This document shows positions 19,576 through 32,211 of a stretch of DNA of 55,306 bases, in pieces (position 1 is the stretch's first letter; every line of letters starts with the position of its first letter). The notes beneath the pieces were generated by a model. The model saw nothing but the letters and a program-made list of their open reading frames with translations. It ran no database searches and was not told where the DNA came from. Origin of the DNA: a virus (taxonomy: Duplodnaviria; Heunggongvirae; Uroviricota; Caudoviricetes); IMG/VR virus record IMGVR_UViG_650377933_000002. One strand, given 5' to 3'. The translations under genes and the position numbers were made by a program.

Positions 19576-20033
19576 GAAGAGTTGCCGCGATTATCTCCGC
19601 TCTGGTTATCTGCATCATCGTCTGCCTGTCTTGGGCTGTTAATCATTACCGCGATAACGCGATTACCTACAAAGCCCAGCGCGACAAAAATGCCAGAGAA
19701 CTGACGCTGGCGAACGCGGCAATTACTGACATACAGATGCGTCAGCGTGATGTTGCTGCGCTCGATGCAAAATACACGAAGGAGTTAGCTGATGCGAAAG
19801 CTGAAAATGATGCTCTGCGTGATGATGTTGCCGCTGGTCGTCGTCGGTTGCACATCAAAGCAGTCTGTCAGTCAGTGCGTGAAGCCACCACCGCCTCCGG
19901 CGTGGATAATGCAGCCTCCCCCCGACTGGCAGACACCGCTGAACGGGATTATTTCACCCTCAGAGAGAGGCTGATCACTATGCAAAAACAACTGGAAGGA
20001 ACCCAGAAGTATATTAATGAGCAGTGCAGATAG
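19572..20033 (+). CDS. Rz: i-spanin Rz
   Basis: ORF 19557..20033 (TTG); GTG at 19572 gives a product matching lambda Rz (..[42 protein letters not shown]..); overlaps the endolysin stop. Confidence 0.85.
   Translation: MRRVAAIISALVICIIVCLSWAVNHYRDNAITYKAQRDKNARELTLANAAITDIQMRQRDVAALDAKYTKELADAKAENDALRDDVAAGRRRLHIKAVCQSVREATTASGVDNAASPRLADTAERDYFTLRERLITMQKQLEGTQKYINEQCR
19792..19974 (+). CDS. Rz1: o-spanin Rz1 (lipoprotein, embedded in Rz in the +1 frame)
   Basis: 60-aa ORF matching lambda Rz1 ([59 protein letters not shown]) with lipobox VGC and Pro-rich tract. Confidence 0.85.
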   Translation: MRKLKMMLCVMMLPLVVVGCTSKQSVSQCVKPPPPPAWIMQPPPDWQTPLNGIISPSERG

Positions 20034-20064
20034 AGCTGCCCATATCGATGGGCAACTCATGCAA

Positions 20065-20358
20065 CTATTGTGAGCAATATACCCGGGCTTCCAGCGGAGT
20101 ATAGATGCCAAAAGTGATAAAACCGAGCAATCCATTTACGAATGTTTGCTGAGTTTCTGTTTTAACAACATTTTCTGCACCGCCACAAATTTTGGCTGCA
20201 TCAACAGTTTTCTCTTGTCCAATTCCCGAAACGAAGAAATGATGAGTGATGGTTTCCTTTGGTGTTACTGCTGTCGGTTTGTTTCCAACAGTAAACGTTT
20301 GTTGAGCACATCCTGTAATAAGCATTGCCAGAGCGGCAGAAAATAACATTTTTTTCAT
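20065..20358 (-). CDS. bor: Bor lipoprotein (serum resistance)
   Basis: ORF 20065..20373; from MKKML the 97-aa product matches lambda Bor (..ITGCAQQTFTV.NKP.AV.PKETITHHFFVSGIGQ.KTVDAAKICGGAENVVKTETQQTFVNGLLGFIT.GIYTPLEARVYCSQ). Confidence 0.9.
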   Translation of the reverse strand: MKKMLFSAALAMLITGCAQQTFTVGNKPTAVTPKETITHHFFVSGIGQEKTVDAAKICGGAENVVKTETQQTFVNGLLGFITFGIYTPLEARVYCSQ

Positions 20359-20838
20359 CTTATTATCCTGCATTGTTAAAAACGGCAGAATCCTATGTCA
20401 TAATAATTAAACGATAGCTAAATGGATTGATGAAAATTAAAACTACACAGGTGGGCTCAGACTATTGGAGGAAGTTGGGGACACTCAGAATCCTGTGGAA
20501 TGAAATAAACCGGTCTATCCGTCCATTACCCTTTTAGCTGCGCTGTATCGTCGCCGTATTCCCGCATTAACCATGACCGTAGCCCGACGGGGAATTCCTT
20601 CTGCGTGAGTGTGCGGGAATAATTAAAAACGATGCACACCGGGTTTTTACCGCGTTAATGATTCGCGGGTTTATCCCGGTGCGATGGTGGAAGAAACAGG
20701 AAGCTGTATTACAGAAAGTGCTACTACTGTATCCCGATGCGATGTATGTAATGTGAGTCAGATAATGGCACAGGATGTGGTGATGTGGCAGTCTGGAACA
20801 CAGGATATATTGTCAGAATAAGACCCGTAGGAATAAAA

Positions 20839-21165
20839 ATGAAAAGACGCCTTTTACTACTTTTTCTGTTATCTGTCCTGGCAGTGGGATGCTCGCAGCA
20901 AAAAGCTGATGAGCCCCGGCAATTAGTGACGGTGTATCCACGATATCCGGAATATGCTGCAGCAAATTATATCAAGGGGCTGGTTGAGGTTAAGTTCGAT
21001 ATTGGTGCTGATGGGACTGTGACACGGATCGTTTTTCTCCGCTCAGAGCCTCATAATTTGTTTCGTGATGAAGTGGTGAAGGCCATGGCGAAATGGCGAT
21101 TTGAAAAGAATCGCCCCTGTCAGGGAGTGAAGAGACAATTTATCTTTACGCCGTCACGTCCTTGA
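20839..21165 (+). CDS. putative envelope lipoprotein (TonB C-terminal-like?)
   Basis: ORF 20785..21165; ATG at 20839 with upstream AGGA; signal peptide plus lipobox (MKRRLLLLFLLSVLAVGCSQ); domain call is tentative. Confidence 0.45.
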   Translation: MKRRLLLLFLLSVLAVGCSQQKADEPRQLVTVYPRYPEYAAANYIKGLVEVKFDIGADGTVTRIVFLRSEPHNLFRDEVVKAMAKWRFEKNRPCQGVKRQFIFTPSRP

Positions 21166-21287
21166 TGCTTCCAGGTAGAGAGGGGCTGGAAGCAGGAGAA
21201 AAATGAAAGAGCCAGCGGTTATATTTTTGTCATGGCTGACGAGGAATGATGGAAGAAGGCGTTGTATGCCACACAACGCCTCACTGT

Positions 21288-21467
21288 TCATTTCTTCTTT
21301 TTCTCTGGTGGAACCCGATGAATAAGAGTTGCACTGGTTTCCGATGAGATGGCGATATACTCGGGCAAAGTATGCTGGCAGTTTTCCAACTGGTCAAAAA
21401 TACCTGCTCTCGTCTGTTGCAATGCCTGCAGCATGCGGCGGCAATGCGCCTTGCTTTTACTAACCAT
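21288..21467 (-). CDS. hypothetical small protein (DLP12 YbcW-like?)
   Basis: ORF 21288..21641; plausible start at internal ATG (MVSKSKAHCRRMLQALQQTRAGIFDQLE..); overlaps another minus-strand ORF in a different frame, so uncertain. Confidence 0.3.
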   Translation of the reverse strand: MVSKSKAHCRRMLQALQQTRAGIFDQLENCQHTLPEYIAISSETSATLIHRVPPEKKKK

Positions 21468-21528
21468 CTTTCCTTCCTCTATCAGTCGCTGCGTGAACTC
21501 ATCATGGAATACCAGGTAAATGCGGATG

Positions 21529-21780
21529 TTATCGGTTTTGGCTACGCAGCATAGTACAAAACGGACAGGTGCATCCCGGGACGGGGGAGGCGTCACATGT
21601 CCCTGTGATGGTTGTTCCGGGTAATGTACTGTGTGGGGCATAAAAATGTCCGATAATTTTACTTTCTACCGCAGTTAGTTGATTCGTTGGTCCTGGTAGC
21701 ACATTGGGCGAGGATTTAAATGCCAGGCAACTGAAGGATGATGTCGCAAGGGAGATAGCGAGAATATTTCTGATTTTCAT
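21529..21780 (-). CDS. hypothetical secreted Cys-rich small protein
   Basis: ORF 21529..21849; from internal ATG at 21780 an 84-aa product with signal-peptide-like N-terminus (MKIRNILAISLATSSFSCLA) and Cys-rich C-terminus. Confidence 0.3.
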   Translation of the reverse strand: MKIRNILAISLATSSFSCLAFKSSPNVLPGPTNQLTAVESKIIGHFYAPHSTLPGTTITGTCDASPVPGCTCPFCTMLRSQNR

Positions 21781-21900
21781 TTGATGATGCCTCTGTGTGA
21801 AATGACGGTAAACGACGCACTTGTGCCGGCACATAATAGCAAGCACCATAATAGATCAGATTCGATTCTTGCTGTAAGTGATAATTATTCTCGTTTTCGG

Positions 21901-22117
21901 GTCCTTTCCGTCGATCCAACAGGTTACGGGGCGGCGACCTCGCGGGTTTTCGCTATTTATGAAAATTTTCCGGTTTAAGGCGTTTCCGTTCTTCTTCGCC
22001 GTAACCTAATGTTTTTATTTAAAACACCCCCTGAAAAGAAAGGAAACGACAGGTGCTGAAAACGGGCTTTTTAGCCTCTGTCGTTTCCTTTCTCTGTTTT
22101 TGTCCGTGGAATGAACA
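21901..22117 (+). other. phage cos site (cosQ-cosN-cosB); cosN cohesive-end sequence GGGCGGCGACCT at 21929..21940
   Basis: Matches lambda ..CAACAGGTTACG|GGGCGGCGACCTCGCGGGTTTTCGCTATTTATGAAAATTTTCCGGTTTAAGGCGTTTCCGTTCTTCTTCG.. immediately upstream of Nu1. Confidence 0.9.
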
Positions 22118-22637
22118 ATGGAAGTCAACAAAAAGCAGCTGGCTGACATTTTCGGTGCGAGTATCCGTACCATTCAGAACTGGCAGGAGCAGGGAATGCC
22201 CGTTCTGCGAGGTGGTGGGAAGGGTAATGAGGTGCTTTATGACTCTGCCGCCGTCATAAAATGGTATGCCGAAAGGGATGCTGAAATTGAGAACGAAAAG
22301 CTGCGCCGGGAGGTTGAAGAACTGCGGCAGGCCAGCGAGGCAGATCTCCAGCCAGGGACTATTGAGTACGAACGCCATCGACTTACGCGTGCGCAGGCCG
22401 ACGCACAGGAACTGAAGAATGCCAGAGACTCCGCTGAAGTGGTGGAAACCGCATTCTGTACTTTCGTGTTGTCGCGGATCGCAGGTGAAATTGCCAGTAT
22501 TCTCGACGGGCTCCCCCTGTCGGTGCAGCGGCGTTTTCCGGAACTGGAAAACCGACATGTTGATTTCCTGAAACGGGATATCATCAAAGCCATGAACAAA
22601 GCAGCCGCGCTGGATGAACTGATACCGGGGTTGCTGA

Positions 22638-22663
<26 letters not shown>
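22118..22663 (+). CDS. nu1: terminase small subunit Nu1
   Basis: 181-aa ORF identical to recalled lambda Nu1 (MEVNKKQLADIFGASIRTIQNWQEQGMPVLRGGGKGNEVLYDSAAVIKWYAERDAEIENEKLRREVEELRQ..). Confidence 0.95.
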
Positions 22664-26344
<3,681 letters not shown>

Positions 26345-26364
<20 letters not shown>

Positions 26365-27676
26365 TCTCCCGCATATTGCCAGCATGGCCTTTAATGAGCC
26401 GCTGATGCTTGAACCCGCCTATGCGCGGGTTTTCTTTTGTGCGCTTGCAGGCCAGCTTGGGATCAGCCGCCTGACGGATGCGGTGTCCGGCGACAGCCTG
26501 ACTGCCCAGGAGGCACTCGCGACGCTGGCATTATCCGGTGATGATGACGGACCACGACAGGCCCGGAGTTATCAGGTCATGAACGGCATCGCCGTGCTGC
26601 CGGTGTCCGGCACGCTGGTCAGCCGGACGCGGGCGCTGCAGCCGTACTCGGGGATGACCGGTTACAACGGCATTATCGCCCGTCTGCAACAGGCTGCCAG
26701 CGACCCGATGGTGGACGGCATTCTGCTCGATATGGACACGCCAGGCGGAATGGTGGCGGGGGCATTTGACTGCGCTGACATCATCGCCCGTGTGCGTGAC
26801 ATAAAACCGGTATGGGCGCTGGCCAACGACATGAACTGCAGTGCAGGTCAGCTGCTTGCCAGTGCCGCCTCCCGGCGTCTGGTCACGCAGACCGCCCGGA
26901 CAGGCTCCATCGGCGTCATGATGGCTCACAGTAATTACGGTGCTGTCCTGGAGAAACAGGGTGTGGAAATCACGCTGATTTACAGCGGCAGCCATAAGGT
27001 GGATGGCAATCCCTACAGCCATCTTCCGGATGACGTCCGGGAGACACTGCAGTCCCGGATGGACGCAACCCGCCAGATGTTTGCGCAGAAGGTGTCGGCA
27101 TATACCGGCCTGTCTGTGCAGGCTGTGCTGGATACCGAGGCTGCAGTGTACAGCGGTCAGGAGGCCATTGATGCCGGACTGGCTGATGAACTTGTTAACA
27201 GCAGCGATGCGATCACCGTCATGCGTGATGCACTGGATGCACGTAAATCCCGTCTCTCAGGAGGGCGAATGACCAAAGAGACTCAATCAACAACTGTTTC
27301 AGCCACTGCTTCGCAGGCTGACATCACCACCGTGGAGCCTGCGAAGGAGGGCGAAAACGCCAGCGCGGCGCAGCCGGATGTGAACGCACAGATCACCGCA
27401 GCGGTTGCGGCAGAAAACAGCCGCATTATGGGGATCCTCAACTGTGAGGAGGCTCACGGACGCGAAGAACAGGCGCGCGTTCTGGCAGAAACCCCCGGAA
27501 TGACCGTGGAAACGGCCCGCCGCATTCTGGCCGCAGCACCACAGAGTGCACAGGCGCGCAGTGACACTGCGCTGGATCGTCTGATGCAGGGTGCACCGGC
27601 ACCGCTGGCTGCAGGTAACCTGGCATCTGATACCAATAAAGAATTACTTAATACACCTGAAGCTTTACCGGTATAA
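26345..27676 (+). CDS. C: prohead protease/scaffold C (with in-frame nested Nu3 scaffold)
   Basis: ORF 26198..27676; GTG at 26345 (VTAELRNLPHIASMAFNEPLMLEPAYARVFF..) matches the lambda C start and overlaps the B stop; ClpP/S49-like region present. Confidence 0.9.
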
Positions 27677-27685
27677 GAGGCAGTT

Positions 27686-28018
27686 ATGGCGACAAAAGAA
27701 GAGTTTAACCATTACCAGCCGCTGGGTAACAGTGATCCGGCTCATACAGCAATTGCGCCTGGCGGATTGAGTGCGAAAACGCCTGCAATGACCCCACTGA
27801 TGCTGGATGGCACTACCCGTAAGCTGGTTGTGTGGGATGGCACCACCGACGGTGCAGCCGTTGGCATTCTTGCGGTTGCTGCTGACCAGACCAGCACCAC
27901 ACTGACGTTCTACAAGTCCGGCTCGTTCCGTTATGAGGATGTGCTCTGGCCGGAGGCTGCCAGCGACGAGACGAAAAAACGGACCGCGTTTGCCGGAACG
28001 GCAATCAGCATCGTTTAA
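27686..28018 (+). CDS. D: head decoration protein D
   Basis: 110-aa ORF matching lambda gpD (..[30 protein letters not shown]...[64 protein letters not shown]). Confidence 0.9.
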   Translation: MATKEEFNHYQPLGNSDPAHTAIAPGGLSAKTPAMTPLMLDGTTRKLVVWDGTTDGAAVGILAVAADQTSTTLTFYKSGSFRYEDVLWPEAASDETKKRTAFAGTAISIV

Positions 28019-28037
28019 TCTTCCCCTTCATCAACAA

Positions 28038-28060
28038 AGGCCGCCTGTGCGGCTTTTTTT
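28038..28060 (+). terminator. short hairpin plus T7 run between D and E (weak terminator-like element)
   Basis: GCCGC CTGT GCGGC followed by TTTTTTT; the stem is only 5 bp, so function is doubtful. Confidence 0.3.
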
Positions 28061-28073
28061 ATGGAAATAATTT

Positions 28074-28349
28074 ATGTCTGTATATACAACTGCAGAATTA
28101 CTGGCATCGACCCAGCATCACTTTAAGTTCGATCCGCTGTTTCTGCGCCTGTTTTTCCGTGAAACCTATCCTTTCACCACGGAAAAAGTCTATCTCTCAC
28201 AAATTCCGGGACTGGTAAACATGGCGCTGTACGTTTCGCCGATTGTTTCCGGTGAGGTTATCCGATCCCGTGGCGGCTCCACCTCTGAATTTACGCCGGG
28301 TTATGTCAAACCCAAGCACTTAGCATGGCTTTCTGAGGCTTTCGTGTAG
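28074..28349 (+). pseudogene. E: major capsid protein E, 5' fragment (interrupted by insertion)
   Basis: First 82 codons match lambda E (MS.YTTA.LLA.....FKFDPLFLRLFFRE.YPFTTEKVYLSQIPGLVNMALYVSPIVSGEVIRSRGGSTSEFTPGYVKPKH), then 9 unrelated codons and a stop; the remainder of E resumes at 39388. Confidence 0.9.
28309..28318. repeat. left copy of 10-bp direct repeat AACCCAAGCA (candidate att core)
   Basis: Identical 10-mer at both E/insert junctions (28309..28318 and 39386..39395). Confidence 0.65.
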
Positions 28350-28481
28350 TTGCTGGTTTTTACACTTAATCTTTTGATAATAAAGAATAAGTTTATCTGG
28401 CGCTTTCACTGAATTTTCCTCGTTATCTGTGTGTTGCAATCATCTCTGTATTGCAGCTTGTATTGCTTTTTGGGGCTAAAA

Positions 28482-29717
28482 ATGGCTGGCGAGAACAAAC
28501 TGAGCGACAAAGCGCTTAAAGGATATCTGGGGAAACCCAGAGAAAAGCAGATCACCATTGCTGATGGAAAGGGGCTTTCTATTCGTGTGAGTACTAAAGG
28601 GGCTGTGAGCTTTGTTTTCTTCTACAGGTTAGCAGGTGGCCGGGATGCTCCGGTCTGGCTAACGTTGGGTAAATATCCTGATATGTCACTCAAACAGGCA
28701 AGGGAAAAGCGCGACGAGTGCCGTGGTTGGTTGGCTGACAAACGTGATCCGCGTATCCAGATTAAGATTCAGGCTGAAGAACGCTTAAAGCCGGTCACAG
28801 TGGAGGATGCACTAAATTACTGGTATGAAAATTACTGTAAGGTGCGTCGTAAAACTCATGCTGTAACGCTTGGCAGATTTCGAAAGCATATCTTTCCCTA
28901 TATCGGTCATTTGCCCGTAAATGACACTCACCTATATGAATGGCTGGACTGTTTTGACCGAATTAAACGTAATGCACCAGTTATGGCGGCGTATGTTTTT
29001 TCTGACACTAAATTAGCTCTTCGTTTTTGTCGGGTACGCCAGTACGCGACGTGTGATGCTTTAAAGGATTTGCGCATGAGTGATGTGGGGCAGATTGCAG
29101 GTAAGCGGGATCGGGTTCTGGATGAAGCCGAACTGGGCCAGCTCTGGAAGGCAATTTTTGTCGAGCCTGATTTAAAACTAATGTCTGAATACACGCGAAA
29201 AATGTTTGTGCTTTGTACAGTATTTGGATGTCGAATGAGTGAAGCCCGATTATCTGAATGGAGCGAATGGGATCTCGAAAGTTGGGTTTGGACTGTACCA
29301 AAAGATCACTCAAAAACTGGTGTTGAAATCGTCAGACCAGTACCTGAAATTCTACGACAGTGGGTAACGGATGTTCACGAAGAGACAAAACATACTGGTT
29401 ATGTGCTGGGAAGTCTGCGAATTAGAGAAAGCGTAAGCAAGATTGGGGGGAAAATCGGTAAACGTTTGGGCCATGAAAAACAATGGTCACTACACGACCT
29501 TAGAAGAACGCTATCTACTCATCTAAGTGATCTCGGTGTTGAATTTTATGTAGTAGAACAACTGTTAGGCCATGCGCTACCTGGCGTGGCAGGTGTTTAC
29601 AACCGGAGTAAGTTTATGGCTAAAAAACTGGATGCTCTGGAACTCTGGACTACATATCTCAATAGCATCGCAGGTGCTGATTCAAAAGTGACAATCCTCA
29701 AACAAAAGGCTGGTTAA
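28482..29717 (+). CDS. int: P4-type tyrosine integrase of the inserted element
   Basis: ORF 28431..29717; plausible ATG at 28482 (MAGENKLSDKALKGYLGKP..); C-terminal catalytic region (..WSLHDLRRTLSTHLSDLGV....LLGHALPGVAGVYNRS..). Confidence 0.85.
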   Translation: MAGENKLSDKALKGYLGKPREKQITIADGKGLSIRVSTKGAVSFVFFYRLAGGRDAPVWLTLGKYPDMSLKQAREKRDECRGWLADKRDPRIQIKIQAEERLKPVTVEDALNYWYENYCKVRRKTHAVTLGRFRKHIFPYIGHLPVNDTHLYEWLDCFDRIKRNAPVMAAYVFSDTKLALRFCRVRQYATCDALKDLRMSDVGQIAGKRDRVLDEAELGQLWKAIFVEPDLKLMSEYTRKMFVLCTVFGCRMSEARLSEWSEWDLESWVWTVPKDHSKTGVEIVRPVPEILRQWVTDVHEETKHTGYVLGSLRIRESVSKIGGKIGKRLGHEKQWSLHDLRRTLSTHLSDLGVEFYVVEQLLGHALPGVAGVYNRSKFMAKKLDALELWTTYLNSIAGADSKVTILKQKAG

Positions 29718-29718
29718 C

Positions 29719-29946
29719 ATGAAAAAAATGGCAATTGTTGATAAAAAGGGTCTGGAGTACATTCCTAACATCGATCGTATGATCCGTGAGAAAGAATGTC
29801 GGGAGCTAACCACTCTTGCAAACAGCACACGCTGGAAGCTGGAGAAGGAAGGAAAATTTCCTAAGCGGATCAAGATTGGTTCCACTGCTGTTGCATATCG
29901 TCTTTCAGAAGTGCAGGCATGGATTCGAGGTGAGTGGGTAGTTTAA
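29719..29946 (+). CDS. alpA: AlpA-family transcriptional regulator/excisionase
   Basis: 75-aa ORF 1 nt after the int stop, with AlpA-like HTH (..RELTTLANSTRWKLEKEGKFPKRIKIGSTAVAYRLSEVQAWI..). Confidence 0.8.
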   Translation: MKKMAIVDKKGLEYIPNIDRMIREKECRELTTLANSTRWKLEKEGKFPKRIKIGSTAVAYRLSEVQAWIRGEWVV

Positions 29947-30015
29947 ATTATCTCAGAATAAAATATTATGAATTACTGATTTGAGAATTTGTACTCAAAT
30001 CAGTAATAACATTCT

Positions 30016-30552
30016 TTATAAGAGATTAAATCCAAATAAAGAGTAATCATATACCGGGGTGCATTGCATCCCACTGAATATGCTGATGTTTTTTTCTGTT
30101 TCTATCCTTTTTTCAATAAGTTGTTGTATATTTTTACAGTACAATTTGTGTGTGATGTTATTATCGTAAGCCTGATATAGCAACGTCAATGTTGACGCTA
30201 GGAAACATACAGATAAAATTAAAATAATATATGCAGTTTTTTTATTTTTTGTCCATGATCTATTTGTTTGTGAAATATAAAGAATTCTGAGGTGGATAAT
30301 GGTGAGAGACAATAGCAGGCCACTCAATAAAATAAGTATTGGGTTTGCGTATTTTATTAATGGTTGAGAGCAAAAAACTATTATAGCTCCTGTGACTGCG
30401 TATGAGAAAAAGGAGTGATTAAACTTCTTACTCCTTCTCTCAAGTATTTTAATTTCATCTTGCGTGGGGGTTTTAGATGCCTCTAATATAAGTTTATTGA
30501 ATTTTTCTGTTATCTTGTTTTTTGTGTTTGTGGCTATTTTTTTTAGATTCAT
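30016..30552 (-). CDS. hypothetical membrane protein (AT-rich accessory gene)
   Basis: 178-aa ORF in a very AT-rich segment; at least three hydrophobic helices (..VTGAIIVFCSQPLI..ILILLSGLLLSLTIIHL..AYIILILSVCFLASTLTLLY..). Confidence 0.45.
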   Translation of the reverse strand: MNLKKIATNTKNKITEKFNKLILEASKTPTQDEIKILERRSKKFNHSFFSYAVTGAIIVFCSQPLIKYANPILILLSGLLLSLTIIHLRILYISQTNRSWTKNKKTAYIILILSVCFLASTLTLLYQAYDNNITHKLYCKNIQQLIEKRIETEKNISIFSGMQCTPVYDYSLFGFNLL

Positions 30553-30902
30553 AGCATTCTAACTCCCTTAACTTATTTATTACTTTCTCTTTATGATAAG
30601 AGAGGGGAATGACTTGGTAAAGTGATTTGTCATTAATAATGATAATCCTTGCGATAAATATTTCTGCAAGTTATTTATCTGTTTGTTGCTATCTTGTTAA
30701 GCGTTGGGTGTGGTTTATGTTTGGAGTGACTTTATTTAATCGTGATTTTATGGATTTATATTTATATCCTGTAAGATAAGCGCATGTTAGTTCAGGAGTA
30801 GTGTCAGATAAAATTATTCGGAGTAGAACTACCTTTTCTGTTTATTGCCAGTATTTACATAGCAATGCGCCGTAGTTACTCACATCACGGCGCTGATACT
30901 AA

Positions 30903-31205
30903 TTATTCAGATTCTTTGGCTTTACGCCGCTGGAGTTCTTCACGAGCGACGGCTACGAGTTGCCCGATTTCCTCCGCTACCTTGATGCCGATTTGTTCGA
31001 CCTTAGCTAAGGCATCCAGTGAAGACACGAGGGGATTTTCTCCGCTTCCTTCTGCCTGGCGGCGGGCGATCTCACCGCGCATGGCGGTTACTATGAATCC
31101 GGCGTTGCTTTCGCCGTCCAGTTTTACGGATTCCATGCCCTCCATAACATCGTGGGGAACCCTGATCGTTGTCATTTGCGATTTTGCATTTTTGTATACA
31201 GACAT
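30903..31205 (-). CDS. putative transcriptional regulator of the element
   Basis: 100-aa ORF divergent from the replication operon and separated from it by an operator-like repeat region; charged coiled-coil-like C-terminus; function inferred from position only. Confidence 0.4.
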   Translation of the reverse strand: MSVYKNAKSQMTTIRVPHDVMEGMESVKLDGESNAGFIVTAMRGEIARRQAEGSGENPLVSSLDALAKVEQIGIKVAEEIGQLVAVAREELQRRKAKESE

Positions 31206-31413
31206 AGTTAATCACCAATTTGTTATGTGTATATCACTATACACAAAAGTGAGATATAAAAACACTTGCAATGTATATCACCACAATATAATGTATATCT
31301 CACATTATGGTCGCTATGTATCTCACAATGATCGATTCATAAAAACGACGAAACCCGGCAGTGCGCGAACACTAACCGGGCTTCTAACCAAACCGTTAAA
31401 CGAGGTAACGACT
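31206..31413. promoter_or_regulatory. divergent promoter region with repeated TGTATATC(A/T)CA operator-like motifs
   Basis: Four or more copies/inverted copies of GTGTATATCAC, GTGAGATATA, TGTATATCACC, TGTATATCTCACA, TGTATCTCACA within about 110 bp. Confidence 0.5.
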
Positions 31414-31704
31414 ATGGCTGGAACACAGCATACCCAAACTCACCCTAAATTTATATACATCTTTCTGGCGCTACATCGCGATCGCATAGCAGATGGAGCA
31501 ACTACGGTACATGTAGCCGCTGACACGCTGTTTATTCAGAAATGTGAAAACAATTTCATCTGGCGTTTTATCGCCCTGAGTACGGCACAACCGCGCGTGA
31601 TTACCATCGAGGCCACCAGCGAACAGGAAGCCCGCCAGCAATCCCCAACTGGCTGCGTGATGATATTCGCCGCCCGTATTCGTCAGGAGGTGTGCCATGA
31701 ATGA
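31414..31704 (+). CDS. hypothetical protein (first gene of the rightward operon)
   Basis: ORF 30865..31704 is long only because of an upstream GC-rich read-through; ATG at 31414 with GAGG RBS gives 96 aa; stop overlaps the next start. Confidence 0.4.
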   Translation: MAGTQHTQTHPKFIYIFLALHRDRIADGATTVHVAADTLFIQKCENNFIWRFIALSTAQPRVITIEATSEQEARQQSPTGCVMIFAARIRQEVCHE

Positions 31705-31921
31705 TCTTTATTTTAAAGTGCTGACACATGCTGAAAACGCGCTCGTTTGTGGCAAAAATATGCGAGAAATCTTATCAACCTGGCTTGATGGGACAACAAA
31801 TGCGGAACACGATGAACGGGATGCTAATTTAGCTGGAGCGTTAATTACGTTACTTGATCCTGTCATCAAAGAGCTGGATGAAGCTATAAAAATACACGAC
31901 CAGAGCTATACCGGAGAATAA
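31697..31921 (+). CDS. hypothetical protein
   Basis: 74-aa ORF, start overlapping the previous stop (translational coupling). Confidence 0.4.
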   Translation: MNDLYFKVLTHAENALVCGKNMREILSTWLDGTTNAEHDERDANLAGALITLLDPVIKELDEAIKIHDQSYTGE

Positions 31922-31923
31922 AA

Positions 31924-32211
31924 ATGAAAAATAAATTTTCTGGCTTTATTGCCAGCGGTCAAACTCATTCAAAAATCAGCCTTGGGGATATTTTCAAAGA
32001 TAGCTATGGCTATCGAGTAAAGATTATTTCGGTTGATGATCGCCGTGTCTCTTATTTGCGTGATGGTTATGATTTTGAATGTGTTATGCCGCGTCAGCAG
32101 TTCGAAAGAGATTTCATTCTGGTAAAAAATTGCAAGACAGATAATCAGAGGCGTTCCGCAGGCTATATCCGCAAAATTCGGGCAATGTTAGTTGCCGGAG
32201 GTAACAAATGA
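31924..32211 (+). CDS. hypothetical protein
   Basis: 95-aa ORF; stop overlaps the primase start. Confidence 0.4.
   Translation: MKNKFSGFIASGQTHSKISLGDIFKDSYGYRVKIISVDDRRVSYLRDGYDFECVMPRQQFERDFILVKNCKTDNQRRSAGYIRKIRAMLVAGGNK

Noticed and set aside
30865-31413. N-terminal 183 codons of the 279-aa plus-strand ORF 30865..31704
   Set aside because: This part overlaps the minus-strand regulator gene and the operator repeat region and has no RBS; only the C-terminal 96 codons from ATG 31414 (GAGG RBS) were kept.
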